DNA from: a virus
Taxonomy: Duplodnaviria > Caudoviricetes
IMG/VR virus record: IMGVR_UViG_3300025018_000262
Location: 1 to 40,848 of that record
Direction: 5' to 3' (one strand)
Length of the DNA stretch: 40,848 bases
Made by a program: the position numbers and the translations under genes. The notes under the pieces were generated by a model. The model was not told where the DNA came from. It did no database searches and was given only the letters and a program-made list of their open reading frames with translations. Below are positions 7,288 to 17,900 of the stretch, piece after piece; position 1 is the stretch's first letter; each line of letters opens with the position of its first letter.

Positions 7288-8849
7288 CCGACCTACCCTG
7301 GGCGATCTACACCCGCGTCAGCACCGACGACCAGGCGAAGAAGGGCATCAGCCTGGACGCGCAGTTGGAGAGCTGCCGCTGCTACGCCAAGGCGCGCGGC
7401 TGGACGGTAGGCAAGGAGTGCATCGAGCCCGGCATCACCGGCAGCACCATGAAGCGGCCGGCGCTGCAGGACCTGCTGGCCGAGGTCAAGGCGGGCAAGC
7501 TGGGCGGGGTGATCGTCTGGAAGCTGGAGCGCCTGTCCCGCATCATGGACGACGTGAAGGCCATGCACCGGCTGCTCGCCGAGGCGAATACCGACCTGTG
7601 CAGCGTCACGGAGAACATCGACACCACGACGCCCAGCGGCCGGCTGTTCTTCCATATGCTGGCGAGCTTCAACGAGTACGACCGCGACAACATCCGCGAG
7701 CGCATCAAGGCAGCAATGACGCACCTGCGCGCGCAGGGCTTCTGGACCGGCGGCCATGTCCCGCCCGGCTGCCAGCTGGTCGCCGCCGGCGAGCGGCGGA
7801 AGCTGGTCGAGGATCCGGCGGTGGCTCCGCTGGTGCGCCCGCTGTGGTCGTGGATCCTGGGCGGCGATGGGCTCAACGTCTCGGCCCGCCGTCTGCAGGA
7901 CGCCGGGGTGCCGGCGCCGGGCTACGTCGGCAAGGCATCGCGCCGCGGCTGGACCCCGGCCCAGGCCTGGAACCTTGTCAGGTCGCCCCAGGTGACGGGC
8001 ATCCTGGTCGATGCCGCCACCCAGGCGTCCGCCATTCAGGCGCTGGCGGGCCGGAAGACGCCCGTCCGGCGAGGATCGACACCCAAGCCGGGCGCAAGGG
8101 CCAGCGTCGCCTCGATCGTGGCTGGGTTGCTCCGCTGCCCCATGTGCGGCAGCTCGATGGTGCAGGCCACGGTCAAACAGAAGTACCGGTATTTCCGATG
8201 CTGCCTGGCTAACAAGAACCGCAGCCTGTGCCGGCAGAAGGATCCGCGGGTGGAGTTGGTCGAGGCGGCGGTGGTAGACGCCCTGGAGGAGGCGATCAAC
8301 GGCGGGCGCTACCGGGACAGCCTGCTGGCGGCCAAGCACGTCTCGATCGGCCAGGTGCAGGAGGCGCGGCAGGCCAAGGGACGGCTGACGGTCGCGCGGG
8401 AACAGCTTGCCGGACGCATCGCCCACCTGGCGCGCACCGGGCAGGTCGGGACCGCCGGCTTCAACGCTGCCCTGGAAGCCCTCGGCGAGGATGCCAAGGC
8501 CATCGACCGCCGGCTGGCCGAGGCCGAGGCGATCCTGGCGGTGCGGGGCGTCGATGCCGACAACATCGAGCTGGCGCTGGACACGATCGGCCGGGCCTTG
8601 GTCCGCTTCCAGGCGGCCGACTGCTCGCCCGTGGAACGGGCCGCGATCCTGCGCGAGTGGATCCAGAAGGTCGAGGTCCACCCCGACCGGGTGCGCCTGT
8701 TCATGTGGGGAATGCCGGAAAACAAAGAACCCCAGCCTTTCGGCCGGGGGTTTGCACCGGAAACCGGTCTTGGTACTCCCAAGCGAACGGGATGCAAACC
8801 GGTACTGGTGGAAATCCCACGGGGTTCCCCGGCGAATGTACTGCGCTAG
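7284..8849 (+). CDS. int: Large serine recombinase (integrase)
   Basis: AIYTRVSTDDQ catalytic Ser, RPALQ, KLERLSR, DTTTPSGRLFFHML, Zn ribbon CPMCG...C...C, coiled coil; GTG 7284. Confidence 0.95.
   Translation: MTDLPWAIYTRVSTDDQAKKGISLDAQLESCRCYAKARGWTVGKECIEPGITGSTMKRPALQDLLAEVKAGKLGGVIVWKLERLSRIMDDVKAMHRLLAEANTDLCSVTENIDTTTPSGRLFFHMLASFNEYDRDNIRERIKAAMTHLRAQGFWTGGHVPPGCQLVAAGERRKLVEDPAVAPLVRPLWSWILGGDGLNVSARRLQDAGVPAPGYVGKASRRGWTPAQAWNLVRSPQVTGILVDAATQASAIQALAGRKTPVRRGSTPKPGARASVASIVAGLLRCPMCGSSMVQATVKQKYRYFRCCLANKNRSLCRQKDPRVELVEAAVVDALEEAINGGRYRDSLLAAKHVSIGQVQEARQAKGRLTVAREQLAGRIAHLARTGQVGTAGFNAALEALGEDAKAIDRRLAEAEAILAVRGVDADNIELALDTIGRALVRFQAADCSPVERAAILREWIQKVEVHPDRVRLFMWGMPENKEPQPFGRGFAPETGLGTPKRTGCKPVLVEIPRGSPANVLR
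8719..8749 (-). terminator. Intrinsic terminator on the minus strand, inside the integrase 3' end
   Basis: Minus strand CCCCGGCC-GAAA-GGCTGGGG followed by TTCTTTGTTTT (8-bp stem with one G:U, GNRA loop, U-tract). Confidence 0.8.
8749..8800. other. Candidate attP (52-bp imperfect inverted repeat with tRNA-3'-like core)
   Basis: GGTTTGCA...TGCAAACC ends centred on GTAC; 8771-8783 reads CTTGGGAGTACCA on the minus strand. Confidence 0.65.
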
Positions 8850-8858
8850 GATGGTGCC

Positions 8859-9524
8859 GTGCCCTACAAGAACGGCAAGCCGACGCCCAGCCAGTTCAAG
8901 CCCGGGAACCGGGCCGGGAAGGGGTCGCCGCGCCCGCCTGGCCGCAAGGCTGGCCTGACGCCCCAGATGGAGCGCTTCGCCCGCGAGTACGTCGTGGACC
9001 TGGATGTCGGGGCGGCGGTGCTGCGGGCTGGCTACTCGGCCAAGGACGGGAAGGTGGCGGCGACGAAGGGCAGCCACCTGCTGCGCCGGCCGGACGTGGC
9101 CCGGCTGGTCGCCGAGCTGAAGGCCAAGCAGGCCGAGCGCCTGGATGTCAAGGCCGACGACGTGCTGCGCGAGCTGCTACGCCTGGCCCGGGTCGACATC
9201 GGCGAGGCCTTCGACGACGACGGGAAGCTGAAGGCGATCAAGGACATCCCGGCCGACGTGCGCCGGGCTATCTCGGCGGTCGAGGTCGACGAGCTGTTCG
9301 AGGGCCAGGGCGAAGACCGCGAGCAAGTCGGGTTCACCCGCAAGGTGAAGTTCTGGGACAAGACCCGCGCGCTGGAGCTGCTGGGGAAGCATCTGAAGCT
9401 CTGGGTCGAGCGGATCGAGGTAAAGGACGTTACCGACCGCGCCGCGGCGCTGGCGAAGGCGTTGGCTCGGGCGCAGGGAGCTGCCGGTACCACGCCCAAG
9501 GATGTTGCGGCATCGCCTGCCTGA
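8859..9524 (+). CDS. terS: Terminase small subunit
   Basis: LTPQMERFAREYVVDLDVGAAVLRAGYS...HLLRRPDV; ADDVLREL; KVKFWDKTRALELLGKHL. Confidence 0.9.
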   Translation: MPYKNGKPTPSQFKPGNRAGKGSPRPPGRKAGLTPQMERFAREYVVDLDVGAAVLRAGYSAKDGKVAATKGSHLLRRPDVARLVAELKAKQAERLDVKADDVLRELLRLARVDIGEAFDDDGKLKAIKDIPADVRRAISAVEVDELFEGQGEDREQVGFTRKVKFWDKTRALELLGKHLKLWVERIEVKDVTDRAAALAKALARAQGAAGTTPKDVAASPA

Positions 9525-9777
9525 GTTTGGCGGCATCCTCGGGCGTCAGGTCCTTGCCGAAGAACAGCTCGGCCAGCTCAAGGCGTAGGCCGCGCTCCTG
9601 GGCCGCCTGGTAGACCTGCCGCATGATCACCGGGTTGGGGAACTCTCCGTCCCGTCCGCCGGCGGCTACCGGCCGCGCCCACTCCTGCACGTTCTGATAG
9701 GCGCGGCCGATGGCAGCCGCAAGGGGGCGGGTGCCACGGAAGGCGATGATGGCGACATGGACCGGGGGAAGGTGCAT
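9430..9777 (-). CDS. Cro-like HTH protein
   Basis: GTRPLAAAIGRAYQNVQEW...GG.DG.FP pattern; 3' end overlaps terS by 95 bp. Confidence 0.6.
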   Translation of the reverse strand: MHLPPVHVAIIAFRGTRPLAAAIGRAYQNVQEWARPVAAGGRDGEFPNPVIMRQVYQAAQERGLRLELAELFFGKDLTPEDAAKLRQAMPQHPWAWYRQLPAPEPTPSPAPRRGR

Positions 9778-9822
9778 GGAACCATGGATTAGCACGGGCG
9801 GTGTGGAGGGAACCCTAGGCTG

Positions 9823-11883
9823 TCAGACCTCGTAAGTGACGGTCAGAATAAGCGCTGTCGTGTTGGAGCAGTCCGTGTCTGCCACCGCTGCCAGGGAACC
9901 GGCCGACATCTTGAACACGTCGACGGCCTGCGATCCGGCCTGAACTAGCACAACAGGCGGGGTTGTGATCCCGGCTGCCATGTTGTTGACCAATAGGCTT
10001 CCCGTCTGATTGAACCCACCGACGTTTTTCGCAACAAAGGGAAGTCCGGCTATCGTCAGCGCCCCAACGCTCGACCCCTTGCTGGTGAGCGGGATGTTGC
10101 ACTGCGCTATTATCCTATTCTTGCAGCGTGTGTACGTTCCACGCCGAGCGCCACCGTATGTCACGCCTACGCTGGCTCCGCCAAACTTTACAACCGGAGT
10201 CCACAACATGGTGGATTCGTCTCGGTCGTGCTTTTCAATGGTTCCATGGCCATCTGTCAAGTTTATCGTGTGGCCACTTGTCACGGAAGCGTACCACAGT
10301 TCTCCCTGATAAAAATTTCCAGTTACGATGTTGGCGAAATCATCGGTAAACCTAGCGCGGAAGTTACTAAGTGCGGCCCCGGCTGTAATTCCGTCAATGC
10401 CGAATATGCCAGGAACAGCGGACTTCAATTCAACGTCCCAATTCCAACAGTTGCCGATCAGCTTAATGAGTCCCAACGGCGTACCGGACGATGGTTCAAT
10501 GAGCCCGTTCACTATTTTAAGCCCATTCACGAACGCGGCAACGATGCCCACCCTGTTGAGTGGCGCCCCAAAATACGGGTTATTCATCAGTACTAAACCA
10601 GGCGAACGCATCACGATGCAGTCGTATGTAATGCCTAAAAACTCACAGTTGTCGAATTGATTGAGCTGGAGCGTAGCGCCGCCCGGCGTTGCTTCAGCAT
10701 AGTCTGGGGAAATGACCGCCGGGTATGCGCTTGCGCCGTCCATCAACTCCGATGTGTCGGCGGTGAACTTGCAATCGCTGTAGTGGTGATGTTCGCCACG
10801 TTTGTTGACCATGGCGATTGATCCAAGTCCACTATTAGCCGCTGGGGCGGTAGCCAGACCGATGTTCACACGATCCAGCTTGACCTCCTGGCAGTAGCTA
10901 TTTGAAGCGGTACGCTGGAATAGCATCCCTATGGTGCTTGGATTGGCTACTCCGGAAGCGATGCCGAAGTTTTTCCCGTAAAAGAACGAACAGCCAGACA
11001 TATCCAACAGGATGCCGCCCGTGTCTCCGACCAGTATAGATCCACGCATGTTTGCTGGCGTGTTTGCGTTTCCGGCACCCTGGCCCGTGAAGCATATATA
11101 TATATACCCGGAGGTCGTGTTTTGAACCTTGAGGCGGGATGCACAGCGGTAACGCCCAAATGGGAAGAATACGGTTCCTCCGCCTGCTGCCTTACAGGCG
11201 TTTATGGCCGACTGTATGGCCGCACTGTCGTCAACCACTCCATCGCCAACCGCGCCATAGGCAGGATCTTTTACATTGAAGACTCCGACGCTGATGTCGT
11301 TCCACGGTCCCATCGCCGCGCGCCCATCCGCCAATGACGCAGCGGCGACGACGGCTTGCATCGCCGAACTGATGACGCCGCTTGCCGGCATGGCGCCAGC
11401 GATCGGGTCGCCGTCAGCATCGAATGCGAACCCCATAAGGGCACGCAGCTCCTTGGTTGGCAGCTTGAATGTATCGCCGCCGGCCTCGGAATCGGGTATG
11501 CGCACCGATCGGTTGAGCTGGTCCTGCAGCTGCTGGCTGATCATCACCAGGCGATCGAGGGCGCGTTCCTGTACCTCGGCGAGATAAGCGCCCTGGTTGC
11601 GGAGGTCGGTTGCCTGCAGCAGGTCCAACTCGCGGTAGGCGGCCAGCTCGGTGTCGGCGGGAAGGACGCCGGCCAGCAGGGTGAAGGTGCCGCCGTTATA
11701 GCCGCCGGCGCCGGTGACGGTGTAGTCGGTGGTCAGGGCCAGCAGCGTCTCGGCTCCGGTGCTGGTGTTGCGCTTGACCAGGACCAGGTCGGCAGCGTCG
11801 AAAATGCGGAAGTTGTACGAGTAGGTGGCGAGCGAGCCGTCGCCGATGTAAGTCTGTCGGGCGGTCGTGCTGCTGACGGTCAT
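9823..11883 (-). CDS. Tailspike / receptor-binding protein with pectate-lyase-like beta-helix
   Basis: Podovirus adaptor N-terminus (GDGS..Y.YNF.I...DYTVTG...ERALDRL), then FNVKD..YGAVGDGVVDDSAAIQ.AI...GGGTVFFP.GRY. Confidence 0.85.
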   Translation of the reverse strand: MTVSSTTARQTYIGDGSLATYSYNFRIFDAADLVLVKRNTSTGAETLLALTTDYTVTGAGGYNGGTFTLLAGVLPADTELAAYRELDLLQATDLRNQGAYLAEVQERALDRLVMISQQLQDQLNRSVRIPDSEAGGDTFKLPTKELRALMGFAFDADGDPIAGAMPASGVISSAMQAVVAAASLADGRAAMGPWNDISVGVFNVKDPAYGAVGDGVVDDSAAIQSAINACKAAGGGTVFFPFGRYRCASRLKVQNTTSGYIYICFTGQGAGNANTPANMRGSILVGDTGGILLDMSGCSFFYGKNFGIASGVANPSTIGMLFQRTASNSYCQEVKLDRVNIGLATAPAANSGLGSIAMVNKRGEHHHYSDCKFTADTSELMDGASAYPAVISPDYAEATPGGATLQLNQFDNCEFLGITYDCIVMRSPGLVLMNNPYFGAPLNRVGIVAAFVNGLKIVNGLIEPSSGTPLGLIKLIGNCWNWDVELKSAVPGIFGIDGITAGAALSNFRARFTDDFANIVTGNFYQGELWYASVTSGHTINLTDGHGTIEKHDRDESTMLWTPVVKFGGASVGVTYGGARRGTYTRCKNRIIAQCNIPLTSKGSSVGALTIAGLPFVAKNVGGFNQTGSLLVNNMAAGITTPPVVLVQAGSQAVDVFKMSAGSLAAVADTDCSNTTALILTVTYEV

Positions 11884-11901
11884 GGCGAAACCCCAGCGGG
11901 C

Positions 11902-11952
11902 AGGCTACCCGCGGTAGGTCCCGGCATGAAGACACCCCCTCGGGTGCCGCTA
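11902..11952 (-). promoter_or_regulatory. Late-promoter-like motif copy 1 (before tailspike)
   Basis: TAGCGGCACCCGAGGGGGTGTCTTC-N20-TAGCCT. Confidence 0.6.
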
Positions 11953-14900
11953 CCGCTTGGGCGGCGGGCCGAAGACGATGGGCCGCAGGTCGATCGATGG
12001 GTCGTCCATCCAGTCGAGGAAGCCGGTTCCGGTCGCCCAGACCTGGCCGGCCGGCATGGCCAGGGTGCCCAGGATGGCGTCGTTGGCGGCGCGCAGCAGG
12101 TTCTTGTCCAGCTCGCCCTGGCCGATCTGCACCAGCAGGTCGGAGTAGGCGCCTAAGGTCTTGGTCGTTGCCGGACCCTGGTAGCTGAATCCCTGGATCG
12201 AGCCGGACAGTTCGCGCACGCCGATCATCGTGCCCATGATGGTGGACAGCAGCTCGATGCCGTAGCGCTTCAGGTACGGATCCCTCTCGCGCTCTGGCGT
12301 TCCCTTGAGGAGTTCGCGCAGCGCCAGCGTCATGGCCGCCGGCAGGGCGGCGGTCAGCATGAAGCCGGTGAAGCCCTGGACGAAGGCGCCGGCCTTGTCG
12401 CCGGAACGGTAGCGGGCCGCGGTCCCGCCGGCCACGTCGTGCAGCTGGTTGAACAGCATGGCGCCGTAGGTGAAGGCGCCGGTGAATGCCTGGCCATAGG
12501 CGTCGCGCTGGACGCCGGACAGGTCTTTGATCTGGCCGCCGCTCTGGGTGTCGAGGACGACCTGGTCCGCCTGGGCGATGGCGTCGGCTTCGCTGGCGCC
12601 GCCCTCGATCGCCTGGGCGTAGCCGGCCAGCCAGGTGGCGGTGTCGACCACGGTCTGCATCTTCTGGATCATCCAGAAGCCGTACCGGGTGGCGCCTTCT
12701 TGGAACTGGCTGAAGCGGTCGCGTTTGATGCCGCCCATGACCTCGGTGATGTCCTGGGTCTGCGTCCGCATGCGGTTGGCCAGCATCTTCGACTTGCTCA
12801 TGGCGAGCTGGAAGCTGCTGTCGAATCCGGCCGGGGTGTCGAACAACTGGCGCATCGCGTAGGCCATGCGGCCGACGCCGACCCGCTGCGCGCCGTTGAT
12901 GAAGCCTGTGAACTGCAAGGCGGCGGTCATCGGGCGGAAGCCCATGGCGGCCATGCTGAAGCCGCGCCGCAACCAGCCCATCATCTTAGCGGCGCCGGTC
13001 GCCGGCCGTCCGCCGGTGGCGATGTCGCCCAACCAGGTCTTCAGTTGGGCGGTGGTGCGCGTGCCCATGTGGCGGTCGATGCTGTCGCCGGCGGTGGCCA
13101 GGATGCGGGCGGCGTCGTTCAGGGCCTCGCGGTGGGTCAGGTCGTGGATCACCTGGGTCAGGTGGCGGCCGATGGCGTTGGGGTCCAGGCTCAGGGGCTG
13201 GCCCAGGCCCATGGCGGCGCGCGCCTTGGTGTGCCCGTGCTTGGTCACGGCCCGGCCGAAGGCCTGCGCCGCCATCTGCGCGGCCCAGTCCTTGGCCTCG
13301 CCGTCGATGCGCGCGGTGGCGGCCTCCTTGTTGTTGATGATCGGGAAGTACCCGCCCTTGATCGTGCCGTGCTTGGTCGGGAACGGGGCGGCCTCGACCT
13401 TTTCCGGGGCCACGCCGGTGACGCGCTGCTCCAGCGCCTGGATCTCGGACCAGTAGCTGTCGATGTGCTCCCAGACGCCCTCGACCAGGTTCCAGTCGGC
13501 CGCGGTCAGGCTGTCGAGCACGGCCTGCACCTGGCCCTCGGTCAGGCGGTTGCCCTCCAGTAGGCGGGCGCGGTTGCCCTCGTTGCCCCAGTTCAAGGCC
13601 ACCATGATACTTCCCATGCGCGTCAATCCGCCGCGGAAGCCAGCGAATGGGCGGCGGTCGTTGGGCTGCCAGTCTGTCTTGCCGATCGAGCTGTGCCAGG
13701 CGTCCCAGAGGGCGTCCTGCTTCTGCTTGGCGGCCCAGGCCAGAGTCGCCTCGTAGTCGGCCGCCTCGTTCATCGGGCGCATCAGGGCGGCGGTCCACTC
13801 GCCGCCGTCTTCCCATCCGTCCATTTCGCGCAGCAGGCTGGCGGCCTTGCGGTGCGCGGCCCAGAAGTCGGCGGCCTTCTCCATGGTCTTGCTGCCGCGT
13901 CCGTCCTCGGCGTCGGCCGGCTTCGGGTTCGGCTTGGTCCGCTCCAGGGTGGCGGCGAGGGTGCGCGCCAGGGCCAGCAGCTCGCGCTGCTTCTTCGCCT
14001 TCGACAGCTTGTTCTTGGTGTTCGCCAGGTGGTTGATGTGCGCCAGGCCATCGCGCAGGCCGATCAGGTCGGCGACCGGCGCCTTGCGCCAGTTGACCTT
14101 GCGCGCCTCATTGAGGAGCTGGGGCGGCAGGTTCACCGGGACGCCGGCGGCCTGTTGCTGGGCGACCCAAGCGTTCAGGGACTGGCGACGCTCGGCGTCC
14201 TTGGCGGTGCCACGCTTCAGGCTGTAGCGCTCGCGCAGGCCGTCGATCTGCTCCAGGTAGCCGCTGGTTCGCTCCCAGGTGGTGGTGCCCAGCTTGGCCG
14301 CAGCCTGGCGGGCGTCCTCCTCGGTCGGGAACTGGAACCGTGCGCCGTCCTTGGCGGTGACGGTCCACTCCCAGCCGCCGGCCTTCCCGACCCGCTCGCG
14401 GGTCTTCTGCTCGTCAAACTTCTTGGCGTACTCCAGGGCGCTGTCGATGTCCTTGCGCGCCTGGATGGCGGCGCGGTACAGCTCGTGGTTCAGCAGCTCG
14501 CGCTGCTTGGCGGCCAGGGCGCCGTCCCATTCCTGCTTGGCCAGGTGCTTCTGGACCTGCTCGCGGGCCTTGACCTCGGCGCGCAGGTAGAGGTGCGGCA
14601 GCACGTCGCCGGCGGGCGTCTCGGCGATGCGGGCCTCGGCGGCGGCGCGCATGACCTCGATCGGGGCGGACTTCTTGCCGACCTTCCTGGCCAGGGCCTG
14701 GACCTTGGCCTGGTGGACATCGGCGCGCTTCTCGCCGTGCAGCGCATCCATGGCCTTCTCGGCGATCGTGCCATCGGTCAGGATGTCGCCGAAGCGCTGG
14801 CGCATGCGGGCGTCGGTCTCGGCCTCGATCAGCTCCTTGCGCGGGCGCATGGTCAGCAGGCCCTGCAGTAGGTCGGCGCCGCTGTCGAAGCCGAACAGCT

Positions 14901-17900
14901 CGGCGGCCTGGTCCAGCGGGATGCCGCTGGTGCTGCTGCGCATCATCGCCAGGCGCTTCAGGTTGGCGTCCTGCTCCTCCTTGGAGGCGAAGCGGCTGGC
15001 CATGCGCTGGCGGATCTCGGCGGCGTCCAGCTTCACCGCCGGCATGCCCTCGCGTAGCGGTGCGCCACCGGGCAGGGTGCCGCGGCGCAGGACGCTCTCG
15101 GCGATGTAGACCGGCTGGGCGTTGACCTCTTCCTCGACCTCGGCCAGGACCTCGGCGCGCAGCTCCTGCCAGTGGGCTTCCTGCTCGCGGCGGATCTCGC
15201 GCATGGCCTGGGCCTGCAGGTCGTTCTGCGCCTGGGTGAAGGCCTCGGCGTCCGCCTTCACGATCTGGGCGGCCTGTTCCGGCGACAGGCCCATCTCGGC
15301 GGCGTGGGCGCTGAACCCGTCGTCGCCCATGCTCTTGGCTGCGGCGTCGATCTCCTCCTGGGTGGCGATCAGGCGGTCCATGACCCCGCGGACCTCGGGC
15401 GACAGCTCAACAGCCAAGCCCTTGACGGAGCGGTAGAGGCTGGCCATCCAGGCGGCGAAGCGGGCGAAGACGCCACGCAGCTCGGCGGTGGGCGCCTTGC
15501 CCTCCATGAGGTAGGCTTCCCAGCTGCGCGCCCAGGTCTCGTGCTGCTCGGTGGTGATACTGGCGTAGTCCGTCGCTCCGATGTAGGCCAGGGCCTGCGC
15601 CAGGTCGGCCTTGATCTGCGCCGGGGCGCCGGGGCGCGCGGCGAGGTCGGCCAGGACCTCCAGATACAGGTGGCCGGACTCGTGCAGGAAGGTCGACAGG
15701 TCGGCGGACTCGAACAGGCGGATCAGGGTCCGGCGCTCGTTGGGCTTGCCGCCGAAGGTGATGGACCCGCGCTTGCCGGCTGCCAGTTCGCGGCCTTGGT
15801 TCAGCGTCTGCCCATCCTGCGCGAACTCGACCGCGGCGCGGATGTCCTCGATGCGCTCCTGGTCCAGCGGCAGGCGGTTCAGCTCGGGGCCGACTTCCTG
15901 GGCCAGGGCGGCGGCTTGCTCCAGCTCGGCGAGGTCGCCGCGGCCGGCCTGGATGTAGGCGACCAGGTCGCGCAGGCGCAGGCCATCGGCGGCCAGCTTC
16001 TCCAGGCGGGGGTCGTCCTTGACCGGCGCGGCCTGACGGGCGGTGGTCGCGGCCGGGTCTGGGCGGCTGGCGCCGGCGTCCTCGATCAGGCTGGCCAGGG
16101 AGCCGCCGCGGGTGCGCAGGGCGAGGGCCAGCAGGTTGCCGCGGCGGGTCTGCTCGGGTGTCAGCTTGGCGGCGGTGGCGTCGGGCTTGAAGCCGAAGTC
16201 GGCGCCCAGGACGCGCATGGCGTCGCCATAGGTCAGGCCGCCAGGGGCGCGGGCCTGCTCCAGGGCGGCGGTGGCCTCGGTGATCAGGGCCTCGCCAGCC
16301 TCGCCAGCGGCGTCCTGGGCCAGTTGCTGGTCGGCCTGGCCCTGGGCGGCCGCGCGGGCGGCATCGCGCTCAGCGAGGGCGGCATCGGCCTTGGCGTAGG
16401 CCTGGGCCTTGAGCCGGGAGCGCATCGCGGCGAGGGTCTGATCGGCTGTCTGGAACGTCGGCTTGGCCAGGATGTCGGCCACGGAGCGGTTGATGCTGAC
16501 GCCCCACTCCTGCCAGAGCTTGGCCGGGGTCAGGCGGGTGGGATCATCGGGCGCCTTGCCCTCGTTGAAGCGGGAGGCCTGGGTGCGGAAGACGCTGGCC
16601 ATCTGCACGGCGTTGCGGCGGGCGGCGTCGGCGCTGTAGCCCTGGGCGGCCAGGTCCTGCTCGATCTCGCCCTGGATGGCGGCGGACTCCTCCTGGGCGG
16701 TGTTCTGGGCCTGCTCGCCGGGGGCGGCCGGTATGGTCGCCATGGCGGTCAGCTCGAACTCAGCCTCGCGCACGTTCATGGCCTGGGGGTCCAGGCGGAT
16801 CTCCTTGGCCACGGCGTCGGCGATCTCCTTCTTGCGGGCGAGATAGAAGGCCAGGTCGGCGGTCTTGATCGCCAGCGGGGCGCCGGTGCGGGCGGCCTCG
16901 TCGTAGGCGCGGGCGGCCAGTTCCAGGCTGCGGGCGCGCTTGGGGTCGACTGGCTCGCCCACGACCAGCGGCGGGCCCCCGATCAACTCGATGGCGGCGG
17001 CGCGCGGGTCCATGCCGGCCTTGCGGGCGACCTCGTCCCAGCCCTCGCGGTCGATGTAGACCTGCTCGGCCTTGCCGGCGGTGATGGTCTGGAACAGGGT
17101 CTTGGCGCCGGCCTCGTAGTTCTGGGCGGTGGTGCTCTCGCTGGCGGCGTCGGTCAGGCGCTGGACCAGGGCCTGAGCCTGCAGGGCGGCCTCGATGCGT
17201 TGCACCTGGCCGCCGGTGTCGCCCTTGGCGGCCATCTGGGCGATGGCGCCGGGGAGGTTGAAGCCTGCGCCACCGGCAGCGCCAACCACGCCAGCGACGC
17301 CCAGGCGGGGCCACAGCTTGGCGCCGGTCAGGGCCTCGGGGTCGATGCCGCTGATGACCTCGTGCAGGGCGTGCGCCAGCTCGGTGACGCCTTCCTCGGT
17401 CGCTTCCAGGCCGGCCTGGGTCAGCAACCCGCCGGCAGCGGCAGCGAACCCGCCGGCGCTCTCTCGAGCTACGCCACGGGCGGCCAGGCGCTCGATGATC
17501 TTCTCGACGCCGGTGGGGCCGAAGGCGGCCGGCACCACGGTCTCGATGCCCCAGGATGCCAATCCGTTCGCCCAGCCGTTGTCCTGCCCGGCCAGGATGC
17601 CCTCGCGCAGGGCGAGGGGCTGGACGGCGATGGCGGTGGCGGCCATGCCGGCGAGCTTGCCGCCGCCCATCAGGGTCTTCAGGCGGCCCAGGGGTGCCAG
17701 GGCGCCGCCGGCGAGCATCAGCGGAGCGTCGGCCGCCAGTCCGCCCATTCCGCGGACGACATCGTTCCAGAATCCGGGATCGTTGGTGGCGCTGGCCCTG
17801 GCGATGCGGTCGAGCTGCCGCTTGGTCGCGTCGCTGTCCTGTCCGGTCAGGGACTGCACCAGGCGCAGGGCACTGCCGCCGGACTGGATGAAGCCGGCCT

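Noticed and set aside
8749-8800. Full tRNA gene
   Set aside because: Only about 13 nt resemble a tRNA 3' end; no T-loop GTTCGA or cloverleaf
9823-11950. Diversity-generating retroelement, as in BPP-1
   Set aside because: No reverse transcriptase motif and no template/variable repeat pair seen
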